A stretch of DNA of 64,000 nt, from the IMG/VR virus record IMGVR_UViG_3300045988_165521; one strand, 5' to 3'. The DNA comes from a virus. This document shows positions 21,170-31,855 of this stretch, in pieces (within the stretch, counting starts at the first letter, position 1; every line of letters begins with the position of its first letter). The position numbers and the translations under genes are program-made. The notes beneath the pieces are model-generated. The model saw nothing but the letters and a program-made list of their open reading frames with translations, had not been told where the DNA came from and did not search any database.

Positions 21170-21397
21170 ATGAGCCATTATAAAGAAACAGTACAGTATG
21201 ATCATATAGATGAAGAACAAGAACATTCTTTTAGACATCTTTATGCAGATTGAAATTCTAAAACAAATACTGTAACTGTATGAAATAAAGAAGGTATAGT
21301 TATATATAGTGGATACGATGATGAAGCTAAAGCTTTAGGTTGTTTATTATCTAATATTAGATGTCAAAAAATCGATAAATTTCCACATGAAGATTAA
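21170..21397 (+). CDS. small hypothetical protein (75 aa, two TGA)
   Basis: It reads MSHYKETVQYDHIDEEQEHSFRHLYAD[W]NSKTNTVTV[W]NKEGIVIYSGYDDEAKALG.... Confidence 0.35.
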
Positions 21398-21409
21398 AAA
21401 ATTTAAGAT

Positions 21410-22603
21410 ATGCAACTCATTAAAGCATGTAAAGAATTAATGATTAGAGAGCCCTTTTATGGGCTCTTTCTTCTTAATTTAAATAAAGAAATATCTGATA
21501 CATATGTAGATACAGCTTGTGTTTCTAGAAATGGAGTAAATTCTAAACTAGTTATAAATCCTAATTACTGAGATAAATTAACTGACAATCAGCAGTTAGG
21601 TTTATTAAAACATGAGCTAATTCATATATGTTTTAACCACATGTTTATTGAATCAGAACTTCGAATTAGTGACCACAAACTATTCAATATTGCTTGCGAT
21701 TTAGTTTGTGATCAATATATAAAAGATGTTCCTGATAATATGTGGGATCAACTAAAAGATAAATATCCTGATTTAGTAAAAAACTTAGAAAAGGACAAAG
21801 GTGCAAAATATTATTATGAAGAGCTAATAAAATATGCACAAAAAAATTCTCAATCTGGACAGAAAGGATCAGGTAGTGGGAATAGAGGCACAATACAAGG
21901 TCTTGATGGAATTAGTGGAGGAGCTGATGATCATAAGTCTTGGAAAGAATATCAAAATCTTGATGAAGCAGGAAAAAAATTAATGCAAAATCAAACTGAG
22001 CATCAATTAAAAGAAGCAGCTACAGCTACTACTAAAAGTAGAGGTAGCATTCCAAGAGAATTTCAATCAATAATTGATGCATTATTTAAAGTAGATCCTC
22101 CTATATTTAATTGGAAAATGTATTTCCGAAGATTATTAGGAAATTCATTTAAAACGTATACAAAAAAATCTCTTCGAAAAGAGTCTAATAGATTTGTTGG
22201 AAGTGCTGGAATCAAAGTAAAGCATAAACAACATATTCTTGTTGGAATTGATACATCTGGATCTGTAAGTGATTCAGAATTACAAGATTTCTTTAGTGAA
22301 ATCTATCACATATATAAAACTGGGTCTATGGTAACTATTGTAGAATGTGATGCCGATATTCATAAAATATATGAATATAAAGGAAAGTTTGATGGAAAAA
22401 TTACAGGTAGAGGAGGTACAGATTTTAAACCTGTAATAGATTATTATAACGCTAATCTAAATAAATATACTACCTTAGTATTTTTTACTGACGGTTATGC
22501 TCCATTAGACACATTCAAACCTATGCGACAAATGATGTGGGTTATTACAAGTAATGGGCATAAAACCCAAAAATATCCAGGACATACTATTTTTATACCA
22601 TAA
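21410..22603 (+). CDS. VWA-domain protein with an N-terminal HExxH metallopeptidase-like domain (DUF2201-like)
   Basis: ATG at 21410 is joined to track ORF 21641.. through a TGA (NPNY[W]DKL). Motifs are LLKHELIHICFNH (HExxH) and the MIDAS-like VGIDTSGSVSD. Confidence 0.65.
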
Positions 22604-22606
22604 AAT

Positions 22607-23101
22607 ATGAAGAAAAATATAAATACAATTAATATTGAAGAATTAAAAACATTAGCTAGTTATATTATTGATAATAATAAACGATTATATAATGAGCATA
22701 AAAAGACTACTGCAATTGAAGTAGTAGGTGAATCTGGTTTAGGTAAAACTTCTGCTATCATTCAGTTAGCTCAAGAAAGAGGAATGGACTGTATTAAACT
22801 TAATCTTTCTCAGTTAGAGGAATTAGGTGATCTTATTGGTTTTCCAATTAAAGAGTATTATGTTTGTACAGAGCGTCCTAGACTTGATGATGATGGAATG
22901 CCTGTTGTAGAAAATGAAATAGTAATTAAGGATGAGGAATGTCTTTGGGTATCTGCAGATGTACTAGATTCTTATATTGCAGAGGGTTATAGAATTAAAG
23001 ATAATATATCTCGAATGGGATACGCTCTTCCTGCATGGGTTCCTACTTCTCGAAATGAAAATGGCACAATTTTAATTCTTGATGACTTTAATCGTGCGGA
23101 T
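22607..23101 (+). CDS. MoxR-like AAA+ ATPase, exon 1
   Basis: Walker A is GESGLGKTS and Walker B is ILILDDFNRAD. The exon ends at T 23101. Confidence 0.7.
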
Positions 23102-23121
23102 TAAAAAATATATTGTAAAGT

Positions 23122-23152
23122 TTTGTTTCCCTGAATAAATTTAGTATCTTTG
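23122..23152 (+). promoter_or_regulatory. Bacteroidota-type promoter candidate (TTTG-N19-TAtcTTTG) inside the intron, upstream of the GIY-YIG ORF
   Basis: TTTG lies at 23122-23125 and tatctttg at 23145-23152. The ATG is at 23169. Confidence 0.45.
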
Positions 23153-23168
23153 ATATAAATTTAAAAAT

Positions 23169-23912
23169 ATGGAAAAACTAACATTACAAAAGATTAAAGT
23201 TTATAAAAAAGTTTGTGGAATTTATAAAATAAAGATCCACGATAAAGAATATATAGGAAGTTCAAAAAATATTCAGCATAGATTAAGACAACATCTAATT
23301 ACTTTAAAACAAAATAAACATCACAATCATACTATGCAAAATTTGTATAACAAGTATGGCATTGATAATATTTATTTTGAAGTTATAGAAACTTGTCTTG
23401 AGGAAAATAGAATTAGTAGAGAAAAATACTATATAAATAGTATTAAACCTTATATAAATCATATTTTAGACCCTGAGAATATCATTAGAGATAAAGAATA
23501 TAAACATAGAATAAGTATCTCTAAAAAGAAATATTATGAGACACATTCTCCAGTTAATATAAAAATGGTATATCAGTATAGTTTAGAAGGAAAATATCTT
23601 CAAAGTTATAAATCGATAACAGATGCAGCTATATCTACTAACCAAGATACTACTGCAATATGTAGTGTATGTAATAATCGTAGTTATACTGCTGGTGGAT
23701 ATAGATGATCATTTGAATTAAAAGAAAATCTTTCTAAACTAAAAAAGAAATATAAGAAAATACCTGTTATTCAATATTCACTTGATAATGTTTTTATTAA
23801 AGAGTGAGATTCTAAAACAGATGCTGAAAAAGAACTAAAAATTTGTAATATATCTCGCGCTATAAGAAAAAATCTTACTGCAGGAGGATATAAATGAAAG
23901 TATAAAATCTAG
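23169..23912 (+). CDS. intron-encoded GIY-YIG homing endonuclease (247 aa)
   Basis: It contains GIYKIKIHDKEYIGSSKNIQHRLRQH...NR...REKYYI. Track ORF 23169..23708 continues through TGA at 23706, 23808 and 23895 to TAG at 23910-23912. Confidence 0.8.
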
Positions 23913-24148
23913 AGGTCCGCATAAAATAGCGTGAATTGCTGGAAAAGCCTGAGGAGGTCAATCAGCAGCTAAGCTAATTAGTAATAATTAGAAAGTTCAA
24001 CGACTAGTACATGGAGTCCAGGAATGGATGGTAAAGTACCACGAGTGCGCTACACTATTTATATAGTGAAGATATAGTCTGAACTACGTTATAACCTAAG
24101 AAAAGACGTAGAAGTATAGGATAAAGAGCCTATACGATAACAATAATG

Positions 24149-24931
24149 CCTAGATTTATACAAGCTACCATGGAGCTTATTGACCGAGGAGAATATATTT
24201 CATGGAGTCTTCCTCCTAATTGTACAATTATATTAACATCAAATCCTGATAATGGTGATTATAATGTTAATTCTATGGATAATGCCCAAAAGACTCGATA
24301 TATTAGTTTCGAATTAGGTTTTGATAAAGATGTATGGGCTCGTTGGGCTGAGAAAGAGGGTATTGATGGTCGTTTTATCAATTTCGTATTATCTTATCCT
24401 GAGATTATGAACAAGGAGGGAGGAGTACAAAAAGTTAATCCTCGAAGTTTAGTAACCTTTGCAAATACTATTTCAGGTTTTAAAGATTGGTCAGATACTA
24501 ATACTTTAGGTTTAATTCTTAATATTGCTCAAGGTTGTTTTACTTCTGAAGAAAACGTTATTGGAAACTTATTTACTACATTTATTGCTAATAAGTTAGA
24601 TAAATTAATGGACCCAGATACAATGTTAAATAAAGATTGGGATTATGTTAAAGGAGAATTAGCAAAACAAGTATATGATGGTACTAACTATCGTGCAGAT
24701 ATTGCTGCAGTTTTAACAACTCGATTCTGTAATTTTGTAAATCTATATTTTGATACAAAAGGTAGTAAAACAGAAGTAGCTGTTGATAGAATTCTTAAAA
24801 TTATTGAGCATGATAAGATGTTATTTTCTGAGGATTTGATTTTCAGTTTAATTAAAACTCTCCAAAAAAATCATCCTACAAGATGTAATAAATTATTATT
24901 GAATCCTAAAGTAGCTAGAAAGTTAATATAA
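24149..24931 (+). CDS. MoxR-like AAA+ ATPase, exon 2
   Basis: It starts PRFIQATMELIDRGEY. Joined to ...DDFNRAD this matches the MoxR DEINRA-x3-Q-x-ALLE-x-M-x-E pattern. The ATG at 24146 of the track ORF belongs to the intron end. Confidence 0.7.
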   Translation, partial: PRFIQATMELIDRGEYISWSLPPNCTIILTSNPDNGDYNVNSMDNAQKTRYISFELGFDKDVWARWAEKEGIDGRFINFVLSYPEIMNKEGGVQKVNPRSLVTFANTISGFKDWSDTNTLGLILNIAQGCFTSEENVIGNLFTTFIANKLDKLMDPDTMLNKDWDYVKGELAKQVYDGTNYRADIAAVLTTRFCNFVNLYFDTKGSKTEVAVDRILKIIEHDKMLFSEDLIFSLIKTLQKNHPTRCNKLLLNPKVARKLI

Positions 24932-24932
24932 T

Positions 24933-26132
24933 ATGTTATTTAATTTAAGTAATACAAAATTAAGAATAGTTGTTTGCGACTATTATAGAAGACAAGGAAA
25001 TAGTAATAATGGTTACTGTTATAACAACATAAGTAACACTTGCCTTGCAGATATGATTGTTGTTTATGATGTTAATGGGAGTAAAAAACATATTGGAGAC
25101 GATTGCTATTATACTAGTCCTTTTTGTGCAGAAAAAGTATTTGGTATGTATTTAGGAGATAGTGATAGTATAGAAACTATCATTTCTTCTAAAACTTTAA
25201 CAAGTTTAGCTGGAGTGAAAAGAGTATATTTTGATCCTAAATCTAAATATCCTCGATTTAAACTAAGCGAAGCTACCACTATAAAACGTAGTTTAACTGC
25301 TGCAAAAGCAGATGTTTGTATATTGCCAAAAGTAGAATATAGTGTATATACGCCTAAATATAGTTCAGGAGGTGCTCCAAGGGATAAAAACATTAAATTA
25401 TATTATTCTCCATCAGAAGATACTTATTATCTAATTGATCATAAACCTGGAGCTTGTTATCAAAGTAGTTCTACTAAAGACTTAAACAACTTTATTAATA
25501 AAGCGATAAATACTAGCTCTTCAGATCCTCTTGAACAGTTTGCTTCAGCAGTAATGGCTGAGGGAATTATTCCTGCAGACTGTACATTATTTTATTCAGG
25601 CAAATGCTGTTTCTTTACAGATAATTCAGAGTATGAGCAAGTTAATAATATTTTAAATAATTATATGAAAGTAATATATGATACAGAATTAGATAAATTT
25701 GTAAGTAATAATTTATCTAATCTTACAGAGGACGATCTTAAATCTTTATCTGGAATGTTAGGTTCTCAAGATCCTACTGTTGTAGGTATGGGTATTAAAT
25801 TACTCTCTGGATATAATATTCCAGATTCAGTTTGTTCTGTAGGTATTCTACTTATGAGTAACTGGAATACTATTACAAGTAATTCTGCTTTTAAAAGTGT
25901 AGGATTTCAACAAATTTTAAATACATTAGGAATTTCTGAAAGAGAGGTTTATAGTGGCATTACTGATAATATTATAAATAAACTTTATAAAAGTAGTACA
26001 AATGATGCAGATAAAGAAAAGGCTAGAAAGATAGTTATAGACAAACTCAAGAAAAGTTTTGAAAAGAAATGGGCTGAACATAAGTCGCAACTTGATGCTA
26101 TACCTATGAACTTCGATTTTACATTAGAATAA
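24933..26132 (+). CDS. hypothetical protein (399 aa)
   Basis: Long uninterrupted ATG to TAA ORF. No motif recognised. Confidence 0.6.
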   Translation: MLFNLSNTKLRIVVCDYYRRQGNSNNGYCYNNISNTCLADMIVVYDVNGSKKHIGDDCYYTSPFCAEKVFGMYLGDSDSIETIISSKTLTSLAGVKRVYFDPKSKYPRFKLSEATTIKRSLTAAKADVCILPKVEYSVYTPKYSSGGAPRDKNIKLYYSPSEDTYYLIDHKPGACYQSSSTKDLNNFINKAINTSSSDPLEQFASAVMAEGIIPADCTLFYSGKCCFFTDNSEYEQVNNILNNYMKVIYDTELDKFVSNNLSNLTEDDLKSLSGMLGSQDPTVVGMGIKLLSGYNIPDSVCSVGILLMSNWNTITSNSAFKSVGFQQILNTLGISEREVYSGITDNIINKLYKSSTNDADKEKARKIVIDKLKKSFEKKWAEHKSQLDAIPMNFDFTLE

Positions 26133-26858
26133 GTGAAAAATATAATAGCTATTCAAGGTTTTAAAGGAAGTGGAAAAGATGAAGTTGCTAAATATCTAAA
26201 CTATTTATTAAATACTCCAACTTGTTTACATTCTTATAATATTGCTTCTGCATTAAATTTTACTCCTGTACCGTTTATGATTTCAAAGCGTTGAAAGATA
26301 GTACATTATGCAGATAAACTAAAGGAAATGTTATCTATTATGATGAATGTAGATAAGAGTAAGTTTGATGATAGAGAATTTAAAGAATATTATCATTTTG
26401 ATTTTCAGAAGTTTTTACTTTACGATAGTAGAGTAAAAACTTTTGGAAACGAACCTACAGATAAAGTATTTGCTAGAGAATTAAAAAAAGAAAATAGAAA
26501 TTTAGCTATAGAATATAATTTATCTATTAGACAAATATTACAATATTTTGGTACAGATATAATGCGTAAATATTTTGGAGATAAATTATGAATATATTCA
26601 ACACTTCAAAGTGGAAATAAAAGTAATATTGTAATTGCAGATCAAAGATTTGCAATTGAAAATGAAGTAGTAAAAGAATACAATACCTTTATTATTCATG
26701 TAACAAGAAAAGGTTGTAGTATAGGTTTACATTCTTCAGAAAGAGAACTAGATACTCTTTATAAAAAACATAAATTTGATATATCGTTAGTAAATAATGG
26801 TACATTAAAAGAATTATTTAATAAATGTAAAAATATTGTATATGGCTACTGAAATTAA
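26133..26858 (+). CDS. deoxynucleoside monophosphate kinase (T4 gp1-like)
   Basis: GTG at 26133. It contains IQGFKGSGKDEVAKYL, followed by ...DDREFKE...IRQILQYFGTDIMRKYFGDKL[W]. In-frame TGAs lie at 26292, 26589 and 26850. The stop is TAA at 26856-26858. Confidence 0.65.
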
Positions 26859-27006
26859 GTTTTGTAAAAACTGCGCAGATAATAAAATTACACATGAGTT
26901 TCAAGATGAAAAATACGGAAAATTTATTCGTGTTTTTAATATTGGAGAGAAATCAGGTACTTCTACTTGTACCATTTGTAATGGCGGTAAAAAAGCTAAG
27001 AAATAA
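26842..27006 (+). CDS. small zinc-ribbon protein (54 aa)
   Basis: It reads MATEIKFCKNCADNK...STCTICNGGKKAKK, with two CxxC pairs. Confidence 0.45.
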   Translation: MATEIKFCKNCADNKITHEFQDEKYGKFIRVFNIGEKSGTSTCTICNGGKKAKK

Positions 27007-27314
27007 TGAATAAAATTATATATAAATATCCTCTAGATTTTACTTATCCTCAAACGATTAAGTTACCTAGTAGTGCAGAAATTTTATATGTTGATAGCCA
27101 AAGAAATACACCTACAATTTGAGCTATAATAGATACAGATGATAAATCAACAATAGAGGTTGATGTTTATATAATTGGTACTGGTCAAGCTTTTGATGCT
27201 AGTAATAAATTATATGTTGGTTCATGTATAACTGAAAACGGACTCTTTGTTTGGCATATATTTATTGATTATTCTAAGAGCGAAAATATAATATTACCAG
27301 GTGTTGATCTTTAA
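27006..27314 (+). CDS. hypothetical protein (102 aa, one TGA)
   Basis: It reads MNKIIYKYPLDFTYPQTIKLPSSAEILYVDSQRNTPTI[W]AIIDTDD.... It is the last plus-strand gene before the terminators. Confidence 0.45.
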
Positions 27315-27340
27315 AAAATAAATTGTTTTACTTCTATGAA

Positions 27341-27378
27341 AAATCCCCTTACTTGCTTAATTGCGAGTAAGGGGATTT
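27341..27378. terminator. bidirectional intrinsic terminator hairpin between the convergent modules
   Basis: A perfect 13-bp stem, aaatccccttact / agtaaggggattt, with a 12-nt loop. An A-run lies on the left flank and a T-rich tract on the right. Confidence 0.7.
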
Positions 27379-27384
27379 CTTTTG

Positions 27385-27420
27385 CCTCTATCTGCTTATG
27401 CGGATAGAGGTTATTTTTTT
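27385..27420 (+). terminator. intrinsic terminator hairpin with a T-run
   Basis: The stem is cctctatc (27385-27392) / gatagagg (27403-27410), followed by ttattttttt. Confidence 0.6.
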
Positions 27421-30400
27421 AATCTAATTTATCTCCAATATACTTAAGATCACTCATAAATCCAAATGTACTTGTAGCTCCTTCCCAGAGATTTTTATCT
27501 CCAGTAATAACAGCTGTACTTTGATTTACAATATTCTTAATAATAGAGTATGCAGGTGGATTTAAGTCTCCTGCAAATTGTGCAACAATATTTTGAATTG
27601 GACCATCTTGAAATGATGTATATAAAGCCATAGCTCCTAAGTGTCCTAATGCTCCTAATTCTTCTTTATTTTCTTCTGAAAGGAATACTGCATATATCAT
27701 CCACATTATTAGACTCATAAATATTAAATCAGTTAAGAATAAATAAAAATTAGCCTTTTTAGTTGGATTAGCTCATAATGCTTTAAATTCATTATAATCC
27801 ATTTTACCTATAGCTTTTAGAAAATCAATCATAGAATAAGCAATACCTTCAATAAATCTTCCTTGCCATTCTACATAAGGAGTAGCTGTTTCTCCTTCTT
27901 TTACATTTGTTTCAAGATCAACTCTTGTAGTAGGTAACCCATTTTCTCCTGTTGATTGAATCATTACATAACGAACTCCATTTTCATCAAATTTTTCTAC
28001 AAACTTACCTTGATCATAAGTTCCAGGTTTAAGAATCCATTGTTCAAGTTTAGCAGAAAGGAATGTACGGAATTGTAACATCATAGCTCCCATAAACATA
28101 CTTTTAGCAAGCATCTGAGTATTTTTATCATAGTGTCCAAAACAAAGTTCTGCAAAAGACTTAATACTTGTTGCTTCTCTAACAGTATAGGCTCTAGGTA
28201 ATGGTTGTCCTTTTTCAATATTTCATCCTTCTTGATTGAATTGCTGTCTATAAGCTTCATATAATCCTTCTTGTCTCTTATAAGCTTCAGAATTTACATC
28301 AGCTCCTGCAGCAGTAAACACATTAAAACGTTTATCCTTCTTAAAGTCATATACTAATTCATCATCTGAATTTAAACTATATGCTTCTCAGCATCCATCA
28401 TGAATCATTTTTGCAATTAATAAGCCCATTCTATGATATACATCAGGAGCTCTATTACAAACATATAACATATCAGAATTAAAGTTCTTAATACCATTAC
28501 GAGATTGACTGAGTTCTTTTTGAACTATGTCGGCGTCCATATTAGCCATACCAAAGTCTGCATTTAAAGCTTCAACTTTTGTTAAAGTAGCAATACGCTT
28601 TGGACTATCTTTAAAGATAATTCCTCAAGCTTCAGCTAAATCCTTTCCAGAAAATTGATCTTTTCCATAAGCATTTGTCATAGCTCTACTAATATGAATT
28701 CACATACCTTGCATCATTTCTCGAAGTCCAGATCTTAAGTTAAGACCTAAAGCAGTAGCAGTAGTAAATTTCTTAATTGCAGCTAAAGTTTTATAAACAG
28801 GTTGTAAACCTTTATCCATAATAGGTTTATTATAGATATTAACTGTTAGATACTTATCAAGAAATTCAAGTAAGTTTTCTGCTTCTTGTCCATACATTGC
28901 TTGATTATACTGTAATGCTATTTTAATTCCTTGAATTTGAGGAATAATATCATTGTATTCTGCTTCTGCAACATATGCATGAATATAGCTTCTTAATAAA
29001 TCTTCGAGTTGAGTTTCAAGACTATTTATTCCATGATTTGATATAATTTGCTCTCGGGTATCATTTCCAATTTTAAATTTGTTATATACTCTTTGCGCAT
29101 CTTTAGCAAGATCAAAATCCTTCATTTGTTCCTCAAACAGCCTTAACATATTAGTAACTTTTTGATACTCCATTTTAAGACCTTCTTTAAAACCTTTATT
29201 ATGGAATTGAGACTTCATAGAACCAATAGTTACAGGAACTTGATAATAAGTTCCGTCTTCTATTGCTTGTTGATAACGTCCAGGATTTCCTTCAAAACGA
29301 AGTTGGTTTACAATTTCTGTAAATGTTTTTATTAACGCTTTTTCTTCTTTAGCTAAAGAACTATCATTAATGTCTTTTAACATAAAATCTTTTGTAATAT
29401 TACCATTTTCATCTCTTCTAAATAGATTATCAAAATATTTTACTTCTCCACCTATTAAACGGTTTTGATCTTTAAATTTATAAAATTCCTTAAATACTTT
29501 TCTAATCTTAGAATCCCAAGCTAATTCTTGTCTACGTATCTTAGTTTCTGTTACTGCAACAATACGTCCAACTTCTTGAGCTGTTAATGAAGGAGAATTA
29601 TTAATACTTGTAATATTAGTTCCTGCGTGAAAACTACCTGTTACACTAACTCATTTTGCAGGGTCTGGTTCAATATAAACTTCATATCCTCTTACTTTGT
29701 TAAGAGCTTTTCCAAGTAACATATAGGAAGTTTGTAAAGGATCATCAAAATTTCATTGCCCAGTATGTATTGCTTTACGCAATCCCTGAGCGTTATCTAG
29801 TTTCCTAAGTTCTTCCATTCTATTTTTTAGAAATTCTCCACCTTTAATAACATCATCGGCACTAAATGTAACAGCTCAATTTCCAATATGTTTTAGTTTT
29901 TCAGGACCACATATATCAGTAATTGTACTTACCACAGATTCAAGAGTTGAACTAAAGTTTGATCTTTTAAGATTTATAGGAACATTGTGTATTCTACATA
30001 ATTCTACAAAGTTATCATATAACTTATCAAAATATTGCTCTGAACCAGTTTGTTGCCAAATATTAATACTTTCAATTTTATTAATTCGATAATTTTCATA
30101 TTTAATAGCATCGCTATTTAGTAATGCCATTACTTTAATTAAGTCAATATTTCCATTTGTCGCAGACATTATTTTATGTTCATCAACATCTCGATTAGCT
30201 ATTGTTGAACCTAAAATATTTGTTCCCTTTTCAAGTTTAACTGTTTGATGAGTAACATTATTTGTAATAGATACTATTTCTAATACTTTATTTTTTGTAA
30301 ATACTAGTAAACCTGCAGAAATAAATGATGGATTATTTTCAAATTGCCATTCTCCTTCAATATATTTTTCAATATGTCTACGTAAAAAGTCTCCTTTATA

Positions 30401-31855
30401 TGGATTATCCTTTGCAATATCGTTAATATCCATCGATCCCTGCTGGACATTTATAATATCCTGAGCAATATCAGCTAACTCATTTCCACGTCGCTCATTA
30501 ATACTTTTTATATAGTCCTCTAACTTTTTATCAAGTTCTTCTTCCGTTTGAGCATATTCTCACCTACTTTTTACAGAATCTTTAGGTTTATATTCATTTC
30601 AGAATCTATATTTTCCATATCCTGCTTCAGGAGCAGAAGAACTAATATATTGAACGATTTTTTCTTTATAAAACTTAAAGTTTGCGTTCTTTCTTTGAAC
30701 TTTTGAAGATAGTTCATAATTAGGAAAGAACTTACTCATAGGTTCTTCAATAGTTTTAATAATATCAAATGAATCTGTTAAACGTCTAATAGGAATAATT
30801 TCTCTAACTCTATCATAATATTTTCCAATTGTATTAGATGGATTTACTATAATATTATCAGAATCAATGTATACACTCGATAAATTATCAATTTGAGATA
30901 AATTATCATTTCCTGAATTATCTTTTTTATAATCAATATCAAGTTTAACAGGAATAATTCCTACTGTAGCTACATTAATACCTTGTTGTTCTAACATAGC
31001 TTTATAGAAGTTTAACTGATATGCTGCACCTAATTTTTTAGTAGAAGCTCATACATTATTTAATAATGCATTTCTAGTTTCATCTCAAGCTCCTACTGCT
31101 TTTCGAGATACTTTAAAATCTCGAATATGAGCATTACCATTTTTATCTACAATTAATAAGTCAATTCTACCATTAATTGAATTTAATCCTGCTGCTTTAT
31201 AAGGTTCAGCTATATCTTCAGAAACAATTGGTATTTCAGTAATGAATTTACAGTCTCTTCCAAATTTTTCTTTAGTGTCTTCTATAAAATCTCTTAATTG
31301 GTTTTGTAACAATGATACTTGCTCTTCATTTAATAATTTTGGAGTATATTCTATTTCAGGATTAATTACAGATTCAAAAAGTTTATGTACTTCTGTACCA
31401 TAATCGGTTAGTTGAGTTCAACTCTTTTGTAGATCCTCCAAATATTTATCTGCTTCGTTCGAAGTCATGCCTTTTTTCATTAGTCTTTCTTTTTCTCTTT
31501 TCAGATACTCTTCAAGATTAAATTTTGTAACTAATACTTTAGCTAAATCAAAAGGATCTCCATAGGTTGTAAGGAACTTAGTAACACCCATTGATTTATC
31601 TAATTTTAGAGCAATTTCCTTTTCTCCGTCTTCATTTGTTATTTCAAACTCTGTAGCAAGTGATTTATATTTTTTTATAGCTTCACTTATTTTATCTACA
31701 GTGACTTGTTGTTGATCTACTTGTAGTGTTGCATCAACATTATCAACTACCATATTTTGAGCGTAGTTGTCAAGAAACGTGTCCAACTCCATTTCGGAGT
31801 TGAACACTTTCTTTTCACCGTTTATCGTAATTTCGTATGTACAATTTCTTGCCAT
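27419..31855 (-). CDS. giant protein (1478 aa) with a RecB-type PD-(D/E)XK nuclease domain near the N terminus
   Basis: A single frame is open from ATG 31853-31855 to TAA 27419-27421 with TGA=W. It joins track ORFs 31418.., 31085.., 30599.., 29876.., 28700.., 27773.. and 27419... I walked all gaps and found no TAA or TAG. The nuclease motifs are GRIDLLIVDKNGNAHIRDFKVS (about 31108-31173) and QLNFY (about 31001-31018). Confidence 0.75.

Larger units (their letters stand above)
23102..24148 (+). mobile_element. Group I intron (1047 nt) in the MoxR-like ATPase gene, carrying a GIY-YIG ORF in the P1 loop
   Basis: P1 pairs exon tgcggaT (23095-23101) with Gtccgca (23915-23921), which lies just after the ORF. 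Core blocks are gaattgctgg 23933-23942, caatcagcagc 23959-23969, agttcaacgacta 23994-24006 and gatatagtctga 24071-24082. It ends ...caataatG (24148). Confidence 0.8.

Noticed and set aside
19581-24148. The interruptions of thyX and of the MoxR-like ATPase could be inteins.
   Set aside because: The inserted blocks contain stop codons in the host-gene frame. The endonuclease ORFs are not fused in frame to the exons. The blocks share group I core elements and P1 guide pairings. The boundaries follow the U|...G| rule.
311-25393. There are antisense minus-strand track ORFs within the plus-strand module: 311..556, 561..818, 7097..7294, 13104..13421, 16515..16703, 17463..17648, 18015..18206, 20623..20871, 21684..21893 and 25109..25393.
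   Set aside because: They are shadow ORFs opposite well-supported genes or introns. Their composition is low-complexity and Ile/Leu/Phe/Ser-rich, and they have no motifs. AT-rich DNA generates such ORFs readily.
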